Source: Candidatus Hadarchaeota archaeon (GTDB taxonomy: Archaea; Hadarchaeota; Hadarchaeia; Hadarchaeales; Hadarchaeaceae). From it: DNA of 39,858 nucleotides. This document shows, piece by piece, positions 1 through 8,049 of the stretch. A model generated the notes under the pieces. It did no database searches and was not told the DNA's origin. It saw nothing but the letters and a program-made list of their open reading frames with translations. The DNA is taken from assembly GCA_964575725.1 (NCBI GenBank), contig CAZNRG010000002.1, positions 1-39,858 of the forward strand. Direction: 5' to 3'. The translations under genes and the position numbers were made by a program. Numbering within the stretch: the stretch's first letter is position 1; the number at the start of each line of letters is the position of its first letter.

Positions 1-2
1 AA

Positions 3-671
3 CTCGCTCGACTAATAAAAAGAGAAAAATTAAAGTTCAATTTCTTTGGACAAGCCAGGGTGGATATCTCAAGCGAAGCTTTGTACAAAAGCATGAAAGA
101 CATGGGCGTCACCGCCCTCAGCTACGGCGTCGAATCACTCAAACCAGAAGTCATCCAGTGGTATAACAAAACCAAGTATCCTCAAAAATGGCCAACCTAT
201 GTAAGAAAAACTTTGAACCTATGCGACAAATATGGAATCATTTTTCTCGGGAGTTTGATTTTTGGGGCCCCGATGGAGACAAAGGAAGACATGGAATATT
301 CGATAGAATTTCTCGAGAAGAATGGGGCTGACTTGATCAACGGAAACGTGTTACTTTGCATCGTTGGCTCAGCTATCTGGTACTCGGCAAGGAAAGCGGG
401 TAAAATCGATGAAAATCAATTTATGGTATCGGCTCCAGAAGCGGGGCTAACACCTTATTCGTACGAAGAGCTAAACGAATTTTGCATTCGTTGTACAGAT
501 ATGTGTAAAAGTGAGGGGTGGAAGCGGCTCTTCCGTAAACTTCTAAAAAATCGGAAGTTCGGAATTATTTACTGGGGAGCGAGAGAACTTATCAGGCACT
601 ACCCAAGTGTGAAAGCGGTGCGTCGAGAGCTTTATGATTATGGCTATGGAAAGGAACGCGTGGTTGAGTAA
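3..671 (+). CDS. Radical SAM protein, probably B12-binding (class B) type; C-terminal part only, 5' end outside the window
   Basis: Frame 3 is open from the window edge (LARLIKREKLKFNFFGQARVD... precedes the listed Met). The listed 203-aa ORF is therefore a C-terminal fragment. 'GVESLKPEVIQ' and 'GSLIFGAPMETKEDMEYSIEFL' resemble the barrel end of class-B radical SAM enzymes. The CxxxCxxC triad is not in the window. Confidence 0.55.
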   Translation, partial: LARLIKREKLKFNFFGQARVDISSEALYKSMKDMGVTALSYGVESLKPEVIQWYNKTKYPQKWPTYVRKTLNLCDKYGIIFLGSLIFGAPMETKEDMEYSIEFLEKNGADLINGNVLLCIVGSAIWYSARKAGKIDENQFMVSAPEAGLTPYSYEELNEFCIRCTDMCKSEGWKRLFRKLLKNRKFGIIYWGARELIRHYPSVKAVRRELYDYGYGKERVVE

Positions 672-698
672 TGTAGCAATTTTTATTACAATATTTTA

Positions 699-1697
699 TC
701 ATCTTTTCATTAAATACTCGTACACTCCCTTAAGTTGTGCGCCAACTTTTTCAAGCGAATGTTCTCTTGAGAGCTTGTACGCACCCTCAGCCAATCTGTG
801 CCTTAGGTGTTTGTCTTCCACGAGTCTCCTCAGTTGCAATTTGAACTCCTCATCAGTTCTTGCTTTTAAGCAGTTCACTTCATTTACTAACTGGCCGTCG
901 TACGCCAAAATATCCCTGACTAATATCGGTCTTCTGCACGCGCCCGCCTCCAATGTCACGATCCCCTGATTCTCACAAAAACTCGGGAAGAAGAAAATAT
1001 CGCATCCTGAATACCCCGCTATTATGTCCTCCACATAATCGGTAAAAATCACGTTTGGCGGGGCACGCTTTACAATTACTGATGTGCGGGGGTCCTCGAT
1101 GACCTTATACCTTCTGCCAATCCAGACAAATTTATTCTGGAATTTTTTTGCCGTGTTAATGAATGTGGTAATCCCTTTTTTGATAAATAAGTGGCCAACG
1201 CTGAGTGGAACAATCCCATCAAGATTAAATTCTTCTCTAAATTGTTTCCTCTTCTCAACCGAAAACTTGAACTTGCCCAGATCGATGCCATTGCTAACAA
1301 CTTTGATCTCTTTTTTAACCCCATATCCAATCAACACGTTTTTAGTATACTCCGACGGGCACAACACCAAGTCCGCTTGATTGTGGAAGTAAGTCAAATA
1401 CCTGCGCAAAAATGGAGCGACCTGATTGCTGAAGCAAAAACTATCCCTAAAATCATCAGCAGTCACATGTGCATGGGTTATTACTTTTTTTCCTTTTGCC
1501 CTCGCTTTTTTTATTGCGCGAAGGGACCCCGGACCTATCATATAGAGGTGGAGAATGTCAAAATACTCTTTTAGATCGTGGGTGTACTCAACTCCGCTTA
1601 ATTCGAGGGCTCTCCTGTGATTGCCTATGGCTGAACCCATCCCGCTGTGTTTAAGCCAACGCTCCAACTCCAAGTAAATGCAAACTTTCACGCACAT
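699..1697 (-). CDS. Glycosyltransferase family 4 (GT-B fold)
   Basis: 332-aa ORF. The C-terminal 'FFFPSFCENQGIVTLEAGACRRPILVRD' matches the GT4 donor-binding E-x7-E region. The N-terminal 'GMGSAIGNHRRALELSGVEY' is typical of GT4 N-domains. Confidence 0.75.
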   Translation of the reverse strand: MCVKVCIYLELERWLKHSGMGSAIGNHRRALELSGVEYTHDLKEYFDILHLYMIGPGSLRAIKKARAKGKKVITHAHVTADDFRDSFCFSNQVAPFLRRYLTYFHNQADLVLCPSEYTKNVLIGYGVKKEIKVVSNGIDLGKFKFSVEKRKQFREEFNLDGIVPLSVGHLFIKKGITTFINTAKKFQNKFVWIGRRYKVIEDPRTSVIVKRAPPNVIFTDYVEDIIAGYSGCDIFFFPSFCENQGIVTLEAGACRRPILVRDILAYDGQLVNEVNCLKARTDEEFKLQLRRLVEDKHLRHRLAEGAYKLSREHSLEKVGAQLKGVYEYLMKR

Positions 1698-1735
1698 CCC
1701 CCAAGTCAGACGCTCACATCATATTCTTTTACGTG

Positions 1736-2770
1736 CTAAGCTTTTGGAATTTGCTTAGCCCACGCACGGATACCAAGATAGGATAACGCACCTGCCCCAA
1801 TGAGGGTGCCAAACACTAGCAAAATGACTCGTTCAATAAGCGTGGCGAGTATCGCGATATTCAAAGGGGCGCCGAGTAAGACGAACACCGACACATAAGT
1901 AACGTCCACGAGACCTAACCCAGCTGGGAGCAGAGGCACTAAGCCTGCCATTGGGGGCAAAGTTACACCTAGCAATAACATTGGAAAAGACGGGTCAAAG
2001 CCAAGCGCTCGAAAAATAAAAAACAAGCGTGTTAGTACAAGAGCCCACGTAATCATAGCGAAGATAAATATAGAAAAGGCTATTTTTGGTTTGCTGGTAA
2101 TCGCCTGCGCGCTAGCGTAAAATCTCTTCACTCCACCCATTACTTTCCTCCGACTGACCGGCCTTCGAAAGAATTTAAGAACACGCATGATGCTTCTGCC
2201 CAGCCAACTTGCTCCAGTTCTTTTGGGGAAGAAATATAGGATAAGCGTTAACAGCAGAATCATCACTGCAATCCATATCGTTACTACGGTTAATTTGGCC
2301 AGCGGAGTCCTGCAAAAGTATAACAGAATGCCCGCCATCAAAAGGGAGATTGGAACGGGTAAATCCAACAAGTACTCGCTCATGATAGAAGCGGAACCTG
2401 AGGAATAAGGCACGCGTTGAGTTTTGCGTAAAATAAATAAGCGTGCTACCGGGTCTCCTCCAGAATACGTGAATGGTGTAAGGTTGTTGATGAAGATGCT
2501 TCCAAAGATTATTAACCATAAATTGTGTATTCCAACGCTATGCCCAGTCGCAGAAAGTGAGATGTGCCAACGTGTGGCCAAGGTTAAGGTAGTAAAAACG
2601 TAGACTCCAAACGCTAGGAGTATGAAAAAATAGTTTGCTCTACTAAGCGCATCCAGCAAACTTCCGAGATCTGCACGTAAAAAAACAAGAAGTACTGTCC
2701 CGACCACTATGGCTATGAAAATTCCAAGAATGAGTGCCCTCCGCCCAAGCCTAGATTTGCGTCCAGTCAC
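1736..2770 (-). CDS. Flippase-like / lysylphosphatidylglycerol-synthase-TM-region family membrane protein
   Basis: 344-aa polytopic membrane ORF. It has a basic N-terminus followed by 'LLAFGVYVFTTLTLATRWHISL', a PF03706-like pattern. GTG start at 2770 is preceded by GGTGAGGGAAGG. It sits immediately upstream of the GT4 gene on the same strand, which is a common pairing. Confidence 0.65.
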   Translation of the reverse strand: MTGRKSRLGRRALILGIFIAIVVGTVLLVFLRADLGSLLDALSRANYFFILLAFGVYVFTTLTLATRWHISLSATGHSVGIHNLWLIIFGSIFINNLTPFTYSGGDPVARLFILRKTQRVPYSSGSASIMSEYLLDLPVPISLLMAGILLYFCRTPLAKLTVVTIWIAVMILLLTLILYFFPKRTGASWLGRSIMRVLKFFRRPVSRRKVMGGVKRFYASAQAITSKPKIAFSIFIFAMITWALVLTRLFFIFRALGFDPSFPMLLLGVTLPPMAGLVPLLPAGLGLVDVTYVSVFVLLGAPLNIAILATLIERVILLVFGTLIGAGALSYLGIRAWAKQIPKA

Positions 2771-2808
2771 AACCTTCCCTCACCATCGCCATTCGTGAAA
2801 TTTGTTGG

Positions 2809-2820
2809 AAAGCTTTAAAG
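2809..2820 (-). promoter_or_regulatory. BRE/TATA-like box AAAGCTTTAAAG, likely promoter of the 1736-2770 / 699-1697 unit
   Basis: Read on the minus strand, TTTAAAG is centred about 45 nt upstream of the GTG at 2770. That leaves room for a short leader containing the SD-like GGTGAGGG. The same AAGCTTTA core recurs in three other intergenic regions. Confidence 0.35.
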
Positions 2821-2935
2821 TTTGTCGAAGTTCCGTCAGAGCACACACCACCAAGACAGTAATCAACTTTTGCAAGTACCTTTAAAACCATATAAGCATT
2901 TAATGGTGCACCAACGAGCAACTTGGGGGGCGCAG

Positions 2936-3580
2936 ATGAAGAGGTGGATGAAACTCGGCTTGCTGCTCGTCTTGGCCACGCTTACTTACTTGGCATTTCC
3001 AAGGCTTCTTTCCGAATCTTCCACGCCAGCATCATTCGGTGGAGAAGATGTTCTTTTTCTCCAAAGCAATCTGCGAAGCCCAGCGATGGATTGGTTTACG
3101 GTGATAGTGTATACCGCTGGTTATTTAGTGGTGATTTACGGGACTGGTGGCTTTCTCCTGTGGAAGCGGGACTACAACGGATTTACCAACTTCCTTTTAG
3201 TCTTCGTGGTGGCTCAAACTTTGGGTGTAATTACTTGGGCATTGCATCCAGTTGCCCCTCCACGACTTGCTGTTGAAGGGGTGGCGCCGATAAGGGAATC
3301 CCTCTTGGGGTTCACACTGAGTTTTGACCCCTATATTCATGGTGCCTTTCCCAGCCTTCACGCAGCTAATGGTCTTACCGCTATTCTTTTTGTGAAGCGG
3401 CACGGCAAGAAGATAACCACGGCTTGGCTCTGCCTTTGGGTCCTCTCCATCTTCTCGATGATTTACCTTGGGGAGCACTACTGGGAAGATGCCCTCGCGG
3501 GGTGCTTTTACTCAATCGGTCCCTATCTCCTAGTCACGAGGATTGTTGGAAAGAGATTAAAGTGGACGAATCGAAAATAG
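2936..3580 (+). CDS. PAP2 superfamily protein (PAP2_3 / inositol-phosphoceramide-synthase-like)
   Basis: 'HPVAPPRL', 'FPSLHAANG' and 'GEHYWEDALAG' match the PAP2_3 active-site blocks, and the protein has multiple TM helices. I prefer ATG 2936 (GGGGGG SD 5 nt upstream, TTTAAAA box near 2880) over the track's TTG at 2822. Confidence 0.6.
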   Translation: MKRWMKLGLLLVLATLTYLAFPRLLSESSTPASFGGEDVLFLQSNLRSPAMDWFTVIVYTAGYLVVIYGTGGFLLWKRDYNGFTNFLLVFVVAQTLGVITWALHPVAPPRLAVEGVAPIRESLLGFTLSFDPYIHGAFPSLHAANGLTAILFVKRHGKKITTAWLCLWVLSIFSMIYLGEHYWEDALAGCFYSIGPYLLVTRIVGKRLKWTNRK

Positions 3581-3590
3581 ATTGAGTACG

Positions 3591-3752
3591 ATGACGAAAA
3601 CAATCGATCCGAAGTTGCTTGAGATACTGGCTTGCCCCGTCTGTAAGCACGATGTCAAACTCAAGGGTAACGAGCTCATTTGCGTTAACTGTGGTCGCCG
3701 CTATGCCATCGTGAACGGCGTCCCCCACATGCTGCCCGATGAGCTGCGGTAA
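3591..3752 (+). CDS. trm112: Trm112 family protein (methyltransferase activator, zinc-ribbon)
   Basis: Own translation gives MTKTIDPKLLEILACPVCKHDVKLKGNELICVNCGRRYAIVNGVPHMLPDELR*. The pattern 'LLxILxCPxC...CxxC...YPIxxGIPxML' is the Trm112 signature. At 53 aa it falls below the ORF-track cutoff. It starts 10 nt after the PAP2 stop. Confidence 0.8.
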   Translation: MTKTIDPKLLEILACPVCKHDVKLKGNELICVNCGRRYAIVNGVPHMLPDELR

Positions 3753-4178
3753 TCATCGCTCAACTTCTATTGTAACTTTAACCTTTATTGATGAATCACG
3801 CAGTTTCGCCACTAAAGCCTTGGACAAATCTGCTGCCGCCTTGTCCGCGCCTACCGCAAGCGTCCGCTCACATACGAACATGCTTTTTCTAACGACAATA
3901 TCTTTGGGGTGCGCAAGGACTAGCGATGGGTGCCCAATAGCATGAAACTCATCTATCTCGCCCCCCGCTTCGATCGTTATATTTACCGCCGCACCGGATC
4001 TGAGGGCTGATTTCAACTCCATGCTCAGCCCCGCTGCCCCTTTGTTCGCGGCGACTCCAACTATACAATCCCCTTTGGGGCCTACTTCCTCGTCCTTCGT
4101 GATCATCAACGTTGTTGGGTGCCTCGCCGTGATCCGCGGATGCCCCTTCGCCGTGACGACCTCGACGATTTTTCCCAT
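3753..4178 (-). CDS. DUF371 domain protein
   Basis: 141-aa ORF. 'AKGHPRITARHPTTLMITKDEEVGPKGDCIVGV' matches my recollection of the conserved archaeal DUF371 N-terminal block. Confidence 0.5.
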   Translation of the reverse strand: MGKIVEVVTAKGHPRITARHPTTLMITKDEEVGPKGDCIVGVAANKGAAGLSMELKSALRSGAAVNITIEAGGEIDEFHAIGHPSLVLAHPKDIVVRKSMFVCERTLAVGADKAAADLSKALVAKLRDSSIKVKVTIEVER

Positions 4179-4227
4179 GATTCCCTCACCCCCTTAAGCT
4201 TGGAGGTAGATAATTTATTTTGATCGC

Positions 4228-4884
4228 ATGTACGAGCGGGAGCGCGAGGGGCTGGTAGAGCGCCTCGTTCGATGGGGCTACTTGAGCAAGCGAGAGATCA
4301 TCGACGCTTTCAAAAAAGTACCGCGTCATGAGTTTATCCCCGATAACATCCGGGACTACTCCTATGCCGACCAGCCGCTCTCGATAGGCCACGGGCAGAC
4401 GATCTCGGCCCCCAGTATGATCGCCATCATGCTTGAATCGCTTGATCTCAAAGCCGGGCAGAAGGTGCTTGAGGTGGGCACGGGGTCGGGGTACAATGCC
4501 GCTCTCATCGCCGAGGTGGTTGGGCAGAAGTGGGGGGTATTTTCGATAGAGCGGATTGACGAGCTGGCCGAGTTCGGGCGCACGAACCTCAAGCGAACTG
4601 GATATGGCTGGGTTCAGGTTGTAGTTGGGGATGGAACATGCGGCTACAAAAAAGAGGCCCCTTGGGACCGCATCCTCGTGACCGCCTGCGCCCCAGAGCT
4701 ACCGAAACCCCTCGTCGAACAACTGAAGGTCGAAGGGAAGCTGGGCGCACCTGTGGGAAAACACTACATGTTCCAGACTTGGGTGGTCGCGAAGCGCAGC
4801 AAGGGGGAGCTCAAAATTGAGGAGCGAGGTGGGTGCTCCTTCGTGCCCTTGGTCGGAAAGTGTGGGTGGAAGGCGGAGGGCTAG
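4228..4884 (+). CDS. pcm: Protein-L-isoaspartate O-methyltransferase
   Basis: '[15 protein letters not shown]' and the SAM-binding '[17 protein letters not shown]' are canonical PIMT motifs. Length is 218 aa. Confidence 0.9.
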   Translation: MYEREREGLVERLVRWGYLSKREIIDAFKKVPRHEFIPDNIRDYSYADQPLSIGHGQTISAPSMIAIMLESLDLKAGQKVLEVGTGSGYNAALIAEVVGQKWGVFSIERIDELAEFGRTNLKRTGYGWVQVVVGDGTCGYKKEAPWDRILVTACAPELPKPLVEQLKVEGKLGAPVGKHYMFQTWVVAKRSKGELKIEERGGCSFVPLVGKCGWKAEG

Positions 4885-5909
4885 CCGAACCATTTCTCGA
4901 GCGAAACTTGTTCCCGCTCGCGCTGCCCCTTGAGCAATCGATCGATGCCCGTCTGAACCCTTGATTCCGAAAAATCGTGCTCCCTGCACAGGAACCCCTT
5001 GATCCCCTCTGGATCCGGTTCACTCCATTCCAGCTTGTACTTCCCTGTGACGTTCGGCTTCAGGAAGATCTCGCGTACTTCGTGCGGGTCCACCTCAAAT
5101 TTTTTACCTAGTTCGGTCTTCGCGATCTGCTTGAGGGAACCTTGCTCACGGACGAGCTCAAGCGCCTTCTTCGGCCCTATACCCTTTATCCCCGCGTTGT
5201 AATCGGTCCCGATCAGGATGCCGATATCGACGAGCTGCTCCCGGGTTATCCCAAGCTCCTCCAGGAGTGGCTGAAGTTCGATCACCTCGGGGGAGACTTC
5301 AATGTACACGTCCTTTCCCGGCAGCTTCCGCCTACCTGTGATGGCTAGGTTGCGCACGAGCATTGGGGCTCCGAAGAGGAGACTATCAAAATCCTGGCTC
5401 GCGGCCGCCCAAGCATCAGCCCGCTGAACGAGGTGTGCTGCCTGAGCCTCGCCCTCCCCAGGTGCCTGAACCCAAGGCAGCCCCATGTGGCCTAAAAGAG
5501 TCTGCGCCTGATTGATCATCCGCTCGTCCACCCGCCCCGCACGCTGTGCAAACTTCTTGGCCTCCTTAATCCTGCCCTCCTTGAGCGCGGCTGCCCACTC
5601 CTCGGCCGCCTCCTTTCTCACCGCGCGACGCTGCTTGACGGTACGCAGCTTCAGCTTGGGTGGCTCCCCATCAAACACGTACACCGGCTTGATCCCCGCC
5701 TCGATCAAGTTTGCGGTTCTGTAAAAGAGGCCTGAAAGATGAGAGGTTATTCTTCCCTTGGAGTCTTTGAGGAGCTCCCCATCACGCTGCCTGATTATGG
5801 AGAGGAACTGATAGAGCGAGTTCATCGCGTCGATAGCAATTACTTGCCCGCGAAGCTGCTCCAGCCCAACTTTTTGCTTCGACACGATGTCGCCTAGCTG
5901 GACGCCCAT
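4881..5909 (-). CDS. fen: Flap endonuclease 1
   Basis: 'MGVQLGDIV...[14 protein letters not shown]...' and '[10 protein letters not shown]' mark the XPG-N/I domains, with a C-terminal PIP-like 'LEKWFG'. Length is 342 aa. GGTGG lies 4 nt upstream of the ATG. Confidence 0.92.
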   Translation of the reverse strand: MGVQLGDIVSKQKVGLEQLRGQVIAIDAMNSLYQFLSIIRQRDGELLKDSKGRITSHLSGLFYRTANLIEAGIKPVYVFDGEPPKLKLRTVKQRRAVRKEAAEEWAAALKEGRIKEAKKFAQRAGRVDERMINQAQTLLGHMGLPWVQAPGEGEAQAAHLVQRADAWAAASQDFDSLLFGAPMLVRNLAITGRRKLPGKDVYIEVSPEVIELQPLLEELGITREQLVDIGILIGTDYNAGIKGIGPKKALELVREQGSLKQIAKTELGKKFEVDPHEVREIFLKPNVTGKYKLEWSEPDPEGIKGFLCREHDFSESRVQTGIDRLLKGQREREQVSLEKWFG

Positions 5910-5999
5910 ATCGCCACCAATAATAAATCATCCCGCAAAGCACTTAAATTTCAAACTATCAACACGGATAAAACTGGTTGAGCGATTACTTTTCACTGT

Positions 6000-6230
6000 T
6001 CATGCTGCCTCGCCCGGCAGCCTTCGAACGACGGTTATTGGGATTGCTTCCTTCTCGAACTCCAATAGCGCAATATCAATGGGATTTCCTACGTTCTCAG
6101 GCACCTCAATCAACACCGGCGCCCCCATCGATATCTGAAGCGCTCTAGCCCCCACAACGCGGGCCTTCTCGAAGCGGGTGTATTTTTTTGGAAAAATGGG
6201 TGAGCCCCCATCACATCGGTGGCATGCCAC
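6000..6230 (-). CDS. rpoK: DNA-directed RNA polymerase subunit K (Rpb6 homologue); start uncertain (GTG 6230, TTG 6296, or ATG 6211 in another frame)
   Basis: '[27 protein letters not shown]...[24 protein letters not shown]' is the RpoK/Rpb6 core. There is no ATG/GTG/TTG in frame between 6230 and the conserved core. GTG 6230 is preceded by GGTGCAGGA. Confidence 0.8.
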   Translation of the reverse strand: MACHRCDGGSPIFPKKYTRFEKARVVGARALQISMGAPVLIEVPENVGNPIDIALLEFEKEAIPITVVRRLPGEAA

Positions 6231-7854
6231 CCATTCCTGCACCAGGTCCGACCGGCGGTCCCTTCTCAAGTTTTCCGGCAGCAATGACGTCGTCAATCCG
6301 CAGGATCATCTCCGCTACCTCGCTAGCCGACTTGATGGCCTGTGTCTTAACGCGCAGGGGCTCTACTATGCCCAGCTTTGGGGTGCCCGTCACCTCCCCG
6401 CTTATCACGTCGATTCCTATGTCTTTGCCGCCTTTCTTCTCATGGGCGGCCCGCAGCTGCACCAAGATATCTATCGGATCCAGCCCGGCATTCTCTGCTA
6501 AAGTTCGCGGGATGATCTCAATCGCATCGGCGAACACATTTATGGCAAGCGCCTCACGCCCTCCGACCGTGTCGGCGTACTCTCGCAGGCCCTTCGCGAC
6601 TTCTATCTCTGGAGCACCCCCGCCCGCTATGATCTTGCCGTCCTCAATCGCCGCCGAAACCACCGAAACTGCATCGTGCGCCGCTCGCTCAACCTCATCG
6701 ACCACGTGTTCGGTGCCGCCCCTTACCAGCAAGCTCACGGCTTTCGGGTCCTTGCAGCCCTCGATAAACATCATCTCCTCGTCCGCTATCTTGCGTTCCT
6801 CCACCCGCGCCGCCACGCCAAGATCCTCCGCTGCGAGGTCCTTGATGTTCGTGACGACCTTACCCCCAGTCGCGCGAGCGAGCTTCTCCATGTCAGACTC
6901 TTTGACCCTTCGAGCCGCTAGGATTCCCGCCTTAGCAAGGTAGTGCTGGGCAATATCGTCGATTCCCTTTTGACACAGAACGACGTTAGCGCCAACCTCT
7001 TTCACCTTCTTAACCATTTCCTGCAACATGCGCCGCTCCTCCTCCAAGAAGCTTCGAAGCTGCTCGGGATCAGTTATGTTGATCTTGGCGTCGGTTTCGG
7101 TTCCCTTAACCTCGAGGGCTAGATTGAGCAGGGTTATCTTCGCCTTTTCGACTCGCTTGGGCATTCCTGGATGAACCACTTCTTTATCAAGCACCAAACC
7201 CCGAATGAGTTGGGAATCGGCCGACCCCCCTCCGCTCTTCTTCTCGACCTTGATGTTGTCGATGTCCGCCTCGAGCTTGCCGTCGGATTCCTCCGCGATT
7301 TGCTTAACCGCCTGGACGCAGAGCTCAGCGAGCCTCTTCCCCCGCACCTCGGAACCCTTGCCGCTCATCGCGGTGATAGCGATCTGCTCCAACACTTTGT
7401 CCTCCTCCCTCGAGACGCTGATCGCCATCTTATCCAGAATCTCATTTGCCTTCTCGGCCGCCTTCCGATATCCCGCTGCAATCACCGTGGCGTGGATGTC
7501 CTGATCGAGCAGCTCCTCGGCTTGCTTCAAGAGCTCACCCGCAAGCACAACAGCAGTGGTGGTACCGTCCCCCACCTCATCCTCCTGCACCTTCGAGATC
7601 TCGACCATCATCTTCGCTGCAGGATGTTCGACATCCATTTCCTCGAGGATGGTGACCCCATCGTTGGTTATGGTAACATCGCCCAAGCTATCGACCAACA
7701 TTTTGTCCATCCCGCGCGGCCCAAGCGTCGTGCGAACCGCCTGCGCGATTACCCGCGCGGCCATGATGTTCATGCGCTGGGCATCCCGCCCCAAGTAGCG
7801 CTGGACCTTCTCGGGCAAAATTAAAACTGGTTGTCCTCCCAACTGGCTTGCCAT
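6211..7854 (-). CDS. ths: Thermosome subunit (group II chaperonin)
   Basis: 547 aa. It carries '[12 protein letters not shown]', 'ITNDGVTIL', '[15 protein letters not shown]', 'VAGGGAPE' and the GM-rich tail '[10 protein letters not shown]'. GGGGGG lies 5 nt upstream of the ATG. Confidence 0.97.
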   Translation of the reverse strand: MASQLGGQPVLILPEKVQRYLGRDAQRMNIMAARVIAQAVRTTLGPRGMDKMLVDSLGDVTITNDGVTILEEMDVEHPAAKMMVEISKVQEDEVGDGTTTAVVLAGELLKQAEELLDQDIHATVIAAGYRKAAEKANEILDKMAISVSREEDKVLEQIAITAMSGKGSEVRGKRLAELCVQAVKQIAEESDGKLEADIDNIKVEKKSGGGSADSQLIRGLVLDKEVVHPGMPKRVEKAKITLLNLALEVKGTETDAKINITDPEQLRSFLEEERRMLQEMVKKVKEVGANVVLCQKGIDDIAQHYLAKAGILAARRVKESDMEKLARATGGKVVTNIKDLAAEDLGVAARVEERKIADEEMMFIEGCKDPKAVSLLVRGGTEHVVDEVERAAHDAVSVVSAAIEDGKIIAGGGAPEIEVAKGLREYADTVGGREALAINVFADAIEIIPRTLAENAGLDPIDILVQLRAAHEKKGGKDIGIDVISGEVTGTPKLGIVEPLRVKTQAIKSASEVAEMILRIDDVIAAGKLEKGPPVGPGAGMGGMPPM

Positions 7855-7910
7855 AAAATCCCCCCTAAATCTATCTACTGGATGATTTCCTACCTAACTC
7901 AGAAGATTTG

Positions 7911-7926
7911 CTTATTAAAGCTTTAC
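7911..7926 (-). promoter_or_regulatory. BRE/TATA-like box (minus-strand GTAAAGCTTTAATAAG), candidate thermosome promoter
   Basis: TTTAATAA is preceded by AAAGC and lies about 60 nt upstream of the thermosome ATG. This would give a leader of about 30 nt carrying the GGGGGG SD. Confidence 0.4.
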
Positions 7927-7967
7927 TTTGGGCCCTTCCACTCGCTCAGCTGACCCCTTGGCCTACC

Positions 7968-7988
7968 CTTTATAAGCTTTATAAATTA
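7968..7988 (+). promoter_or_regulatory. Tandem TATA boxes CTTTATAAG-CTTTATAAA, candidate promoter for the LAGLIDADG gene (possibly bidirectional)
   Basis: This is a direct 9-mer repeat, each copy containing TTTATAA. The second copy is preceded by AAGC. It lies 60-80 nt upstream of GTG 8050. Confidence 0.35.
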
Positions 7989-8049
7989 CTTTCGGCCACC
8001 TCTCTCCCCCAAAATCGCTTAAACTCATCTTCTCATTCATCGAGCGGGG

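Noticed and set aside
2822-2935. The TTG start at 2822 for the PAP2_3 protein (extra 38 N-terminal residues)
   Set aside because: The extension is hydrophilic and non-conserved-looking. ATG 2936 has a GGGGGG SD and a TATA-like box at a suitable distance. The sequence at 2809-2820 more likely serves as the promoter of the divergent gene.
6188-7824. Long plus-strand ORFs (251 aa at 6188-6943, 217 aa at 7171-7824, and several shorter ones) antisense to the thermosome gene
   Set aside because: They are Ser/Ala/Pro/Arg-rich and low in complexity, with no recognisable domains. They lie fully inside a high-confidence GC-rich gene on the other strand, which is the typical shadow-ORF pattern.
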